Shown piece after piece: positions 50,865 to 59,411 of a stretch of 64,000 nucleotides of DNA. The stretch is from NCBI GenBank assembly GCA_963674965.2, contig CAXXFL010000006.1:256001-320000 (forward strand). The letters run 5' to 3'. Each line of letters begins with the position of its first letter. Within the stretch, counting starts at the first letter, position 1. Both the position numbers and the translations under genes were made by a program. The stretch comes from a bacterium. GTDB taxonomy: Bacteria; RBG-13-61-14; DATKZS01. Under the pieces are notes generated by a model. That model was not told the DNA's origin. It was given only the letters and a program-made list of their open reading frames with translations, and did no database searches.

Positions 50865-52213
50865 GGGTCTTCCCAAGAATCTGTGGGTGTTCTTTGACAT
50901 AGTTTAGTTGAAAAGCACGGTCGTTTCAGGCTAATAGGGTTATGCGAAAACAATCCTGAAGCCTGAAGGAGTCGACCGTGCTTGTAGAGAGTCTTGTACG
51001 AGAAACGCTTGGCGTCAAGGATCACAAGGTTAAGAGCGTCAGCGGAGACGCGGCGGGGCTTACGGTTCTTATGGATCGCAAGAAGCTTCGGAAGCTCACC
51101 TGCTCTTGTTGCGGCTCTCGATCTTGGGTTTACGACACGCTTGCCGAGAGGACCTGGCGTCATGTTCCGTTGTGGGGCATCCCCGTGACCATCGTTTACA
51201 GCCCGCGCCGGGTGAACTGCCCAAATTGCGGCGTCAAGGTCGAGCAGGTCCCGTGGGGAATGGGCAAAAGTCGGCTCTCCCTGCCGCTGATCATCGTGCT
51301 CGCCGCCTGGGCCAGGCTCCTGGCCGTCGGCGTCGTGGCCGACCTTTTCGGCTTGAGTTGGTCCACGGTGGGGGCGGCGGTCAAGCACGCGGTGGCTTAC
51401 GGCCTCGAACACCGCGACGTTTCCGGCGTGCTTTACATCGGGATCGACGAGGTCTCTCGCAAAAAAGGCCACGTCTATCACGCCCAGGTTTACGAGATCG
51501 GCAAGAGGCGGCGTCTTTTGTGGTCCGGAGAGGGGCGCAAGAAAGAGACCCTGGAACGTTTTTTCGATGAACTTGGCGAGGAGGGGGTTGCCGCCATCCA
51601 GGGCGTCTGTTGCGACATGTGGGCGCCTTACGTGGACGTCATCAAGGAGAAGGCGCCCAAGGCGGTCCTTGTTTTTGACAAATTCCACCTTGTCCGCCAC
51701 TTGAACGACGCCGTGGACAAGGTGAGAAAAAAGGAAGCCGAGAAGCTCAAGGAAAAGGACCCGGAGCTTTTGAAGGGCACGAAATACATCTGGCTTAAAA
51801 ACCCCTGGAACCTGACGCCCAAACAGAAACAGCGGCTTGGTTACCTGGAGAGCATGAACCTTAAGATCAACCGCGCTTACCTTCTCAAGGAGAGCTTCCG
51901 TGAATTGTGGTCCTATCAGAGCAAGGGTTGGGCCAAGCGTTATTTGGACAAGTGGTTCTGGTGGGCGACCCACTCTCGCCTGGAACCGATGCGTGATTTT
52001 GCCTGGCTTCTTCGCCGTCATGAGGAAGACGTCCTTAATTGGTTCAACGTTCCGATCGATAATGGGGCGGTGGAGGCAATGAACAACAACGCCAAGGCCA
52101 TCAGTCACCGAGCCAGAGGTTACAGGAGCGAAAAATGGTTCACCCTGATACAATTACATTGCCTGGGTCAAATGCCCATGCCGGAATCCACCCACAGATT
52201 TGCGTGAGGAGCC
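50865..52213 (+). mobile_element. ISL3-family insertion sequence (1349 bp)
   Basis: TIRs GGGTCTTCCCAAGAATCTGTGGGTG / GGCTCCTCACGCAAATCTGTGGGTG; 8-bp duplication AACAGAAA (50857-50864, 52214-52221). Confidence 0.94.
50978..52207 (+). CDS. ISL3-family transposase
   Basis: Zn finger CSCCG/CPNCG, GIDE, CDMWAPY, DKFHLV, NGAVEAMNN, RARGYR. Confidence 0.95.
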   Translation: MLVESLVRETLGVKDHKVKSVSGDAAGLTVLMDRKKLRKLTCSCCGSRSWVYDTLAERTWRHVPLWGIPVTIVYSPRRVNCPNCGVKVEQVPWGMGKSRLSLPLIIVLAAWARLLAVGVVADLFGLSWSTVGAAVKHAVAYGLEHRDVSGVLYIGIDEVSRKKGHVYHAQVYEIGKRRRLLWSGEGRKKETLERFFDELGEEGVAAIQGVCCDMWAPYVDVIKEKAPKAVLVFDKFHLVRHLNDAVDKVRKKEAEKLKEKDPELLKGTKYIWLKNPWNLTPKQKQRLGYLESMNLKINRAYLLKESFRELWSYQSKGWAKRYLDKWFWWATHSRLEPMRDFAWLLRRHEEDVLNWFNVPIDNGAVEAMNNNAKAISHRARGYRSEKWFTLIQLHCLGQMPMPESTHRFA

Positions 52214-53034
52214 AACAGAAAAATCAGGTAGAAGATCTGACAGCCTTCGGCAAAGACGATAAATGCATTGAACATTTCGACGTGGAAATATCAAGTTCAG
52301 GCGCTAAAGAAATAATCAGTCTCCCCATAGTCACCGAGTCCCTCGTCGTACTGTCAATTAACGGGCAGGAATTGGTGACCATCCTTTGCACTCCGGCAAA
52401 TATAGAGGAGTTGATCGCTGGTTTTCTCTGGAATGAAGGGGTCGTGAAAAGCCCGGATGAAATTCAGTCAATCGATGTGTCCGCCGATGGGCAAGTTTCC
52501 GTTTCGATCCCCACGGCCAGGATTGATGTAGATTTCAAAAACTACAAGCCCTCCTTTACTTCTGGCTGTGGCAGGGGGACGGTCCTTCACGATTCAACCG
52601 ATCATAAGAGGCTTAAGCCCAGAGAATTCGACGTTACGATTACAGAAGAGATCATCTATCAGCGGATGATGCAATTACTCCAGGAGGCCCGTTTGTATAA
52701 CGCCGCTGGTTCAATCCATTGCACCGGCCTGGCGGATATGAAGAAGCTACTCTTCGCCTTCGAAGACATCGGAAGACATAACGCCGCTGATAAAGTGATC
52801 GGGAAAATTTTTCTGGATCGTTTGGATGCGAGCAATATGTTGATGCTCACTACCGGCCGCATGTCATCCGAGATCGTAGGTAAGGCCGCCCGTGCGGGAA
52901 TACCCATACTGGTGTCTCTTTCCGGCCCGACGAATCTCGCGGTGGAGGCCGCATGTTACTACAACATGACAATGATCGGATACGTCAGAAAGACCGTTTT
53001 CCGCGTTTATGCACACGCTGAGCGGATTTTGTGA
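52135..53034 (+). CDS. fdhD: Formate dehydrogenase accessory sulfurtransferase; native 5' end displaced by ISL3
   Basis: CTP...ELIAGFL, SGCG, EDIGRHNAADK, TGRMSSE, SGPT; native start at 50847 (MKDKQK|NQVED). Confidence 0.9.
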   Translation: MVHPDTITLPGSNAHAGIHPQICVRSQQKNQVEDLTAFGKDDKCIEHFDVEISSSGAKEIISLPIVTESLVVLSINGQELVTILCTPANIEELIAGFLWNEGVVKSPDEIQSIDVSADGQVSVSIPTARIDVDFKNYKPSFTSGCGRGTVLHDSTDHKRLKPREFDVTITEEIIYQRMMQLLQEARLYNAAGSIHCTGLADMKKLLFAFEDIGRHNAADKVIGKIFLDRLDASNMLMLTTGRMSSEIVGKAARAGIPILVSLSGPTNLAVEAACYYNMTMIGYVRKTVFRVYAHAERIL

Positions 53035-53082
53035 TTATGAATGAGATTAATAGCATTCAATCAATTTAAAGGAAAATGAACC

Positions 53083-53517
53083 ATGGGACATCAAGACGCT
53101 CCAAATTTTTCGCGAAAACATCCGAGTGATGAAAAGCCTGACCAGGCCATCGCAGACGCTGTGAAAAAATCAGCCAACAAGGACGGCATCTCCTGCGCTT
53201 CCGCCTTCAAGATAGTGGCAAACCTTGATGTCAGCGCTGCTGAAGTCGGGAAAACAATCGACCTCCTCGACCTCAAGCTGATGAAATGCCAACTGGGCCT
53301 CTTCGGGTACGCTCCTGAAAGGTCAATCCTAAAACCTGTTGAATCAGTCCCCGCCGACCTCGAAAGCGCGATCAAGAACGCCATGAAGGATGGACGACTC
53401 TCATGCCTCAGCGCCTGGGAGATTGCTAAGACTATGGATCTAAAAAAGCTGGACGTGGCCTTCGCCGCCGAATCAATGGGTATCAAAATCAAACCCTGCC
53501 AACTCGGTGCTTTTTAA
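53083..53517 (+). CDS. Conserved hypothetical protein with two internal repeats
   Basis: Two CxxAxxI...CQLGxF units; AAGGA RBS. Confidence 0.75.
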   Translation: MGHQDAPNFSRKHPSDEKPDQAIADAVKKSANKDGISCASAFKIVANLDVSAAEVGKTIDLLDLKLMKCQLGLFGYAPERSILKPVESVPADLESAIKNAMKDGRLSCLSAWEIAKTMDLKKLDVAFAAESMGIKIKPCQLGAF

Positions 53518-53596
53518 TTTCCCAGTTTGTCTGGAAGGCCCCACAACGGTTGGGATGTGGTACCTTCCTGTCATTCTTCCTTTGAGATCTGAATAG

Positions 53597-54042
53597 ACAC
53601 AACAGGAAATGAAGAATCAGACAGGGTCTCGCAAAGGACGTACGATCTTTTCGAGTACCTATCAACCCTCAATCAACAAAAATCTCTTGACACAAATTTC
53701 AAGTCTGTGAATAAGCGCGCCGCCTACTTCGCTCCATGCCATCTCAAGGCCCAGGGTGAAAACTTGATATACCTACGTCTCGAACTGCTCCGTCTTATTC
53801 CTGAAATGAATGTTGAGTCGGTAGGAAGTAGCTGTTGTGGCATGGGGGGAACCTTCGGCGCAAAGAGCAAGAACTACGAAGCATCAATGGAGATCGGCAG
53901 GCCGTTGTTCGAGGAAATCAACAAGGCAAATCCGGACATCGTGACGACGGATTGCCTTGGATGCAAACTCCAGATTCAGCATGGCGCATCCATAAAAGTC
54001 ATTCATCCGATCCTTCTTTTACGGGATGCCTACCGTTTGTAG
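53597..54042 (+). pseudogene. Second GlpC/HdrD-like CCG-domain C-terminal fragment
   Basis: TYDLFEYL...YFAPCHLKAQ...CCGMGGTFG...TDCLGCKLQI; frame starts after an in-frame stop. Confidence 0.75.
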
Positions 54043-54206
54043 CCTATGTCATGAAGGCCCACAACGGTTTGGGATTTGGTGCTTTCCTATCATGCATCCT
54101 TTGAGTTCAGAATGGACACAAAAACTCTGTCAGTTTTTGCAAAATACTCAATGATGGAAAATTTTAAACCAATGATTCCATATGGTTGGCAGAAGACAAA
54201 ATTTAA

Positions 54207-54230
54207 GGCTGTGGGATCATACCCGCAGCC
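54207..54230 (-). terminator. Terminator-like hairpin downstream of the second att fragment
   Basis: GGCTGTGGG-atcata-CCCGCAGCC; homologue of 15802-15829. Confidence 0.65.
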
Positions 54231-54263
54231 CAATTTGCGATAAGTGCTTGAATTAACTCAATA

Positions 54264-54289
54264 AAATGGAGGCGGCGGGAATCGAACCC
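54264..54289 (-). repeat. att site: second tmRNA 3'-end fragment
   Basis: GGGTTCGATTCCCGCCGCCTCCATTT, identical to 15861-15886. Confidence 0.8.
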
Positions 54290-54587
54290 TCTGAAAACAA
54301 AGGGAAATTCCGGACAAAAGGCCTCCACTCCACCTTCAAAAAACGACAAAACACCTTCAGAATCAGACCCCTCTAAAAATGGTGAGGGCACCTCTGAAGA
54401 CACTTTCCTGGCACAGCATAAACACAATCCCCAAGGTTCATTACAGGAAATCTGTGCCCTATGTGTGCCCCAGCCCTCAGACCAGCTTCAGCCAGAACTG
54501 AAGATTGTCATTGAGTCCTGGGCCGATCTCTCAGAAGAGATTAAGAACAAAATCATTCAGCTAATTTTTCAGGAGGAAAAAAAATGA
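54264..54587 (+). pseudogene. Start-less open frame crossing the att core
   Basis: KWRRRESNPLKTKG...PELKIVIESWADLSEEIKNKIIQLIFQEEKK*; no ATG; stop overlaps the next start (ATGA 54584-54587). Confidence 0.5.
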
Positions 54588-54886
54588 AAATCAAAAACGT
54601 AACACCAAAAGCCCATCTTTGTCCCTATGGCGCATGCCCCGCTATCTATGAAACTGACCGAAACTCATTCTTGGTTGTGGGTAAAAAGGTTACTTTCTCG
54701 GCTAATGTTCTTCAGGGCAAAGTAAGCCCTGATGAGACGGTTGTAGAAATCCCCATAGGCCTTCTTAACGATTTCAGCCAATCAAATGAAAGGGAACCGC
54801 AAAATGTAGGTGAAAAGTACACCGGGGGGACACAAAATCAACTTAATAAGGGGAAAATAATATGGCTGAACAAATCAACATCATAA
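54584..54886 (+). CDS. Small Cys-motif hypothetical protein
   Basis: AGGAGG RBS; HLCPYGACPAIY...VVG...DETVVEIP. Confidence 0.7.
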   Translation: MKIKNVTPKAHLCPYGACPAIYETDRNSFLVVGKKVTFSANVLQGKVSPDETVVEIPIGLLNDFSQSNEREPQNVGEKYTGGTQNQLNKGKIIWLNKSTS

Positions 54887-56022
54887 CCCGTAATATGGTT
54901 GCGCTGCTTCTTTGGCTTGCGATCATGGCCATAAGCATCGTAATTCACAGTTGTGTCGTTTTTGCGAATTACATGGCTTCCGCGGCGGCTTTTGAACTAC
55001 TCGGATATGAGGATAAACCTCTCAGCGCGGATGCCCTCCTGGGAGCTTACATGGGTGCCTTTCTAGGGAAATCGACCCTGGCTCACCTTTATGCCCTATC
55101 TCTCTCCGTGACCCTAGCGTGGAGTTTCTTCATGGTTTTTCATCTCGGATTCAGAATCTTTGAGATGATTTTCGATCGACGCACCTATATCGAGCAGGGC
55201 GACGAAGCCAGCGCACGCTTGGCGAGCCGGCTCATTATCCGCGACTTGGCCCTAATCGTTGCTTTCGCAATTCCACTGGCTTTTGCGCTCTATTGGGACC
55301 TCGAATTGTTCAGATTCAGGTCGGTTTGCGGAGCATTGCAGATTACTGACCCGTCTGTAGCAACGTCCTCCATCAGCAATTGGAGCCTCCAATTCCGAGA
55401 ACGGTCACATTTGTTCACCTGGGTGATCGCAAAGATTGGAGGGTGGGGTTACCTTGCTGTAACCGCTTTGGTCTGTATTGCTCTTGAGTTTTCGTTCCAT
55501 AAAATTGGGGAGTCCTGGGCAAGACTGCTCTCCGGCTTTCAGGGAATTATCGAGCCAGGAGCAAGCGCCGACCGAGAATTGGAGTTGTACGGGTACGATG
55601 AAAACGGCCAGCCCGTTTACCATCCGGACGGAGATGTAGTCTATGGCGTAAACGGGAATCTCTTAAGACGGCCTTCTGAACAGTATCCCACCGAAACGGG
55701 CGTGGCCAGCGGGGATCAGTCACCCGAATTTCTGGCATCGCCAATGGAAAGACCCGAGGTTCAACCTGCCACAACCTGTTCCGGCAATGATCAACTTGAT
55801 GAAGGGGTCGAACCTTCAGGGCGTCGTTGTGGGCTTGATGACGATCAACGCCAAGAGGTTATCGCGTCGCCGACAGACGAGCGCCTGACTTTCGCCGAGG
55901 CCCAGGCGAACCGCGACCTTTACCACGTTGATATAGCCAACCGGCAGATATGGTGGCGGCAGTATTGGGTGCATATCCATGAACAAGCCTCTGAATCGTC
56001 GGATACCGCTCAGGCGGCTTGA
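54862..56022 (+). CDS. Multi-pass membrane protein with acidic C-terminal region
   Basis: Four or more hydrophobic helices in the first 215 aa, then an acidic tail; AAGGGG RBS. Confidence 0.8.
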   Translation: MAEQINIITRNMVALLLWLAIMAISIVIHSCVVFANYMASAAAFELLGYEDKPLSADALLGAYMGAFLGKSTLAHLYALSLSVTLAWSFFMVFHLGFRIFEMIFDRRTYIEQGDEASARLASRLIIRDLALIVAFAIPLAFALYWDLELFRFRSVCGALQITDPSVATSSISNWSLQFRERSHLFTWVIAKIGGWGYLAVTALVCIALEFSFHKIGESWARLLSGFQGIIEPGASADRELELYGYDENGQPVYHPDGDVVYGVNGNLLRRPSEQYPTETGVASGDQSPEFLASPMERPEVQPATTCSGNDQLDEGVEPSGRRCGLDDDQRQEVIASPTDERLTFAEAQANRDLYHVDIANRQIWWRQYWVHIHEQASESSDTAQAA

Positions 56023-56038
56023 GAGAGGAGAGATACTC

Positions 56039-57001
56039 ATGAAACACTCCAGAGCGGCATTTTGTATAATGCTCGTCTTCGCGGTTCTCGTGAGCCCTGT
56101 TGCCGTCGCAGAGATAATTCAGCCAAGGAATGAAATAGTCATCATCGTCGATGCCAGCGGCTCATTCAGTTCACGCCAAGCCGAGGCCGTTGAGCGCACT
56201 GTAGAGCTGCTCGACGGCATTGCCGGACAAGAACTGCGCCGATGGGAGGAAAATCGGGACCGGGTGGTTATCATCAGCCTCGACGCTCTCCCCGAAGTCG
56301 TCTGGTCTGGCAGTCTTCGGGACCTCAAGGCGGCGGAGACCACCTCGTGGGCGGAAAGGTTTCGCGCACGCACCGATTATGCAAACTGTACAGACGTAGG
56401 AGCGGCCTTCCGGCTTGCCACGAACTATCTCGACGGAGACCCACGTGAAGTCAGCCGTTACCTGTTTGCTTTCAGTGACATGATCAACGAGCCGCCCACC
56501 ACCTCAATTCGGCAATGCCGTCCTGCCCAGATACCCTCGCCTCCACCAGAAGATTTCCCTTGGGATGTTTTGCGGGGAGTTGCAGTCAATATTTTCTGGG
56601 TACCCGCTGATCAGAAATTGATTTGGACCAGGGTCGCTGAACAACATGGATTGAAAGGTGCATTTGCCATGTTCACGTCATCTGAGTCGGAGGTGGTCCC
56701 GATTATGGCTCCCGCCCCTGCCCAGCTTGCCACGGAAATAATTGAAGAGCATCGTCAGGAGACGACCCAACGAGCAAAAACTTTTGGCAAAAGGATATTT
56801 ACATGGGCAGGATGGGGGGTAGGTTTTATCTTCTTGCTGCTTGCGCTCGCTATATTAGGAGCCTTTCTTTCTTCTCGAATTCGCTCAAATCGTAGAGAAG
56901 TGGCTGTCAGTCGAAGGGTTAATAGACCGGTACCGCCGCTGAATCGTGCGGGCCATCAAAGAGCTTCCTTTCCTTCTCCTGGCAAAGGTGGCCAGCGTTA
57001 G
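56039..57001 (+). CDS. Exported vWA-domain protein with C-terminal membrane anchor
   Basis: AGGAG before ATG 56039; signal peptide; DASGS MIDAS, TDV, FSDM; TM helix then basic tail. Confidence 0.82.
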   Translation: MKHSRAAFCIMLVFAVLVSPVAVAEIIQPRNEIVIIVDASGSFSSRQAEAVERTVELLDGIAGQELRRWEENRDRVVIISLDALPEVVWSGSLRDLKAAETTSWAERFRARTDYANCTDVGAAFRLATNYLDGDPREVSRYLFAFSDMINEPPTTSIRQCRPAQIPSPPPEDFPWDVLRGVAVNIFWVPADQKLIWTRVAEQHGLKGAFAMFTSSESEVVPIMAPAPAQLATEIIEEHRQETTQRAKTFGKRIFTWAGWGVGFIFLLLALAILGAFLSSRIRSNRREVAVSRRVNRPVPPLNRAGHQRASFPSPGKGGQR

Positions 57002-57030
57002 GACGCATAGTTTGAAAAGGAGTAAGAGTT

Positions 57031-58590
57031 ATGATCGGAAACGGCGCATGTGGTCACGGAGCCTTTCCTTGTGACCTTGGACGGGTGATTCTGGCAAGTA
57101 GTAAAGCGCGTGACACTCGCTCCGTGCTGGTACTCACACACGACCGGGGACACGCAATGGGAACCATCAAGCATGTCGTAATGGATGTCGAGCAACCTCT
57201 CTATCATTTCACCGTCTCTGGCCGGAGAAGGTGGAGCAACGAAAAAATCCAGTGGGAGAACATAGGCAACGGTAATTCCAATGCTCACAACCTGCTCCAG
57301 GCGGCTTATGAATTGCGGAGCGGAGGCATAGTGGTTATGGAGGACGTGATGCCGTTCCTGCGCGATGAAAATGGTGATCTCCTGGCCAGGGACATGATGC
57401 GGACCATGCTTTCGTCCGAGCCCCGACAACACGGCCTTGTGCTTGTTTTTCTTGAGCCGCCGGAGTCAGAGGGTAGCTTGCCTTCGATCCTTGCAGACCG
57501 CTTCGTAAGGCTCAACGTGCCCCATCCCCGGACAAACGAACTCGAAATCATAGCCCGCGAGGAAATTGCCAAGGCAAATCTGGGGTCTGGAAATCGTGTT
57601 GATGGGGACACCATCCGTGAAGCGGCCCGAAGAATGGGAATTGAACTCGTAGGATTGACTCAGAGCGCAGCCCGAGACGCTGTCCACGACGCTCTTGCAC
57701 CGGATCCGATGGATTTCGATTCAGCTTACCAAGTACTTCGGAAAAGAAAATCCAAGCTATTTCAGCGCGAACTGTCGATGCGTGTATTAGATGACGATGA
57801 GGAGACGCCTATTGGCATACCCTATTTAATGAATTACATAAAACTGCAGGCTCCGCGCATGCGCTTGTCGGGGACCAACCGCGCTCGGGGCATCCTTCTA
57901 GTCGGACCTCCCGGCACCGGCAAGACGATGTATTCGAAGGCCATCGGAAGACAGGTTGGATTGCCCGTCGTTGAGTTCCGAATCAGCTCGCTGATGAATT
58001 CCCTTCTTGGCGAGACCGAACGGCGGTTTGCCAAGGCGTTTGCGACACTGGAGGCAATGGCCCCCAACATAACTTTCATAGACGAAATCGAAAAGGCTTT
58101 TGGTGAAGGAGGCGAAAACGACGGCGGCACGATGATGCGATGCACGGGGAGTCTCTTGACCTGGCTTTCCGACAACCCCAGCCCCAACTATATCGTTGCG
58201 ACCTGCAACTCCCTCAAGAGGATGGGAGAGATTGGGAAAACCATGACAAGGAGTGAACGCTTTGATGACGCTTTTTTCGTGGATGTCCCCAACATTGATG
58301 CAAGGCGAGAGATGCTCGAACGATGGCTTAAAACGCATGTGCCTGATCCAGCATCCTGCGCACAAGATATCGCATTGATCACGGAGAAGTTTTCCGGGGC
58401 AGACCTGCGAAGCCTGGTGAAACACGCCGTCGCCCAGGCCGAGCACGAAGGTAGAGACGTTACCCTGGATTTGCTCAAGGTTGAGGCAGAGCGAAGGCGG
58501 ATGCGGGCGATTGCTCTTTACGATGAATTTATGGAACTACGCAGGTGGGGCCGGATGTACTGCGAGCTGGCTGGCCCCGTTGACAATTAA
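57031..58590 (+). CDS. AAA+ ATPase, Ycf46/SpoVK-like
   Basis: GPPGTGKT, FIDEIEK, ATCN, TRSERFD, FSGADL; degenerate N-terminal AAA-like module. Confidence 0.9.
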   Translation: MIGNGACGHGAFPCDLGRVILASSKARDTRSVLVLTHDRGHAMGTIKHVVMDVEQPLYHFTVSGRRRWSNEKIQWENIGNGNSNAHNLLQAAYELRSGGIVVMEDVMPFLRDENGDLLARDMMRTMLSSEPRQHGLVLVFLEPPESEGSLPSILADRFVRLNVPHPRTNELEIIAREEIAKANLGSGNRVDGDTIREAARRMGIELVGLTQSAARDAVHDALAPDPMDFDSAYQVLRKRKSKLFQRELSMRVLDDDEETPIGIPYLMNYIKLQAPRMRLSGTNRARGILLVGPPGTGKTMYSKAIGRQVGLPVVEFRISSLMNSLLGETERRFAKAFATLEAMAPNITFIDEIEKAFGEGGENDGGTMMRCTGSLLTWLSDNPSPNYIVATCNSLKRMGEIGKTMTRSERFDDAFFVDVPNIDARREMLERWLKTHVPDPASCAQDIALITEKFSGADLRSLVKHAVAQAEHEGRDVTLDLLKVEAERRRMRAIALYDEFMELRRWGRMYCELAGPVDN

Positions 58591-58628
58591 GGTGAACGAA
58601 AAACCAACCAGATCAGGAGGAATAGCCA

Positions 58629-59408
58629 ATGAGTAATACAAGTGTCGTCACGCCCTATGCTCCGCCGCCATCTCCACCGCCGCCCGAATTGGCAGAGGCC
58701 ATCCAGAAGGGGCTATCGGCGATGGCAAAATGGCTGACGGATATTTCAGAAGAAGAACAAATCGCCTTGGATAATTTAAAGGATGTAAAAAGAAAGGAAC
58801 GTCTCGCTCGAAGCACTGCGAACTGCCTGGACGCACCCAGGGCATCATGTGCTTCTGAGATTTCCTCCGTTTCACTGCACCTGAAAAACGTATCCAGCCT
58901 CATGGAGTCGGCCCAAAAACTTGGATACCAGAAAGTCCTCTCGTCTCATTCGGACCCAATTTCAGGGGAAAATACTGTTCTCTTGCAAAATGGTGACAGC
59001 CAACGACTTGCTATCCAAGTTGGACTGAACGGTCAACTTACCCTGTATGTCTCTGGGAACCAGCAAAGATTGAAGAGCCTGGTCCGGCAACATACCCTGG
59101 ACCGGACCTTGGCGCATCTTACTGCCAAGGGGATGCAGGTGGAGACCCGATCCAGCAGAGGAGGAGAGGTGGAATTAGTTGCCACTGAGCCTCATGATGT
59201 TCATGGAGATGGTAGGGCTGAGGTCAGGGCGAAGATAAACGACGAAGGCCAGATTCAGTTGGATGTCGGCAATATAGAGGGGCCTCGTTGTCAGCAGATC
59301 ACCGAAAGCCTTGCAGAAGCGGTCAATGGAGAAATTTCCCGAGACAAGAAGAAGGACGTCTATTGGCGACTGCCAGGCAATTCAAACCGAGTGAAGCAGA
59401 GAATTTGA
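58629..59408 (+). CDS. Hypothetical protein with C-terminal DUF2997-like domain
   Basis: INDEGQIQLDVGNIEGPRCQQITESLAEAV...KKKDVYW; AGGAGG RBS. Confidence 0.7.
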   Translation: MSNTSVVTPYAPPPSPPPPELAEAIQKGLSAMAKWLTDISEEEQIALDNLKDVKRKERLARSTANCLDAPRASCASEISSVSLHLKNVSSLMESAQKLGYQKVLSSHSDPISGENTVLLQNGDSQRLAIQVGLNGQLTLYVSGNQQRLKSLVRQHTLDRTLAHLTAKGMQVETRSSRGGEVELVATEPHDVHGDGRAEVRAKINDEGQIQLDVGNIEGPRCQQITESLAEAVNGEISRDKKKDVYWRLPGNSNRVKQRI

Positions 59409-59411
59409 ACC

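Larger units (their letters stand above)
15889..54289. mobile_element. Putative integrative genomic island (about 38 kb) between two tmRNA-type att repeats
   Basis: Direct 26-bp att repeats at both ends, integrase at one end, all five IS elements and many gene remnants inside. Confidence 0.65.
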
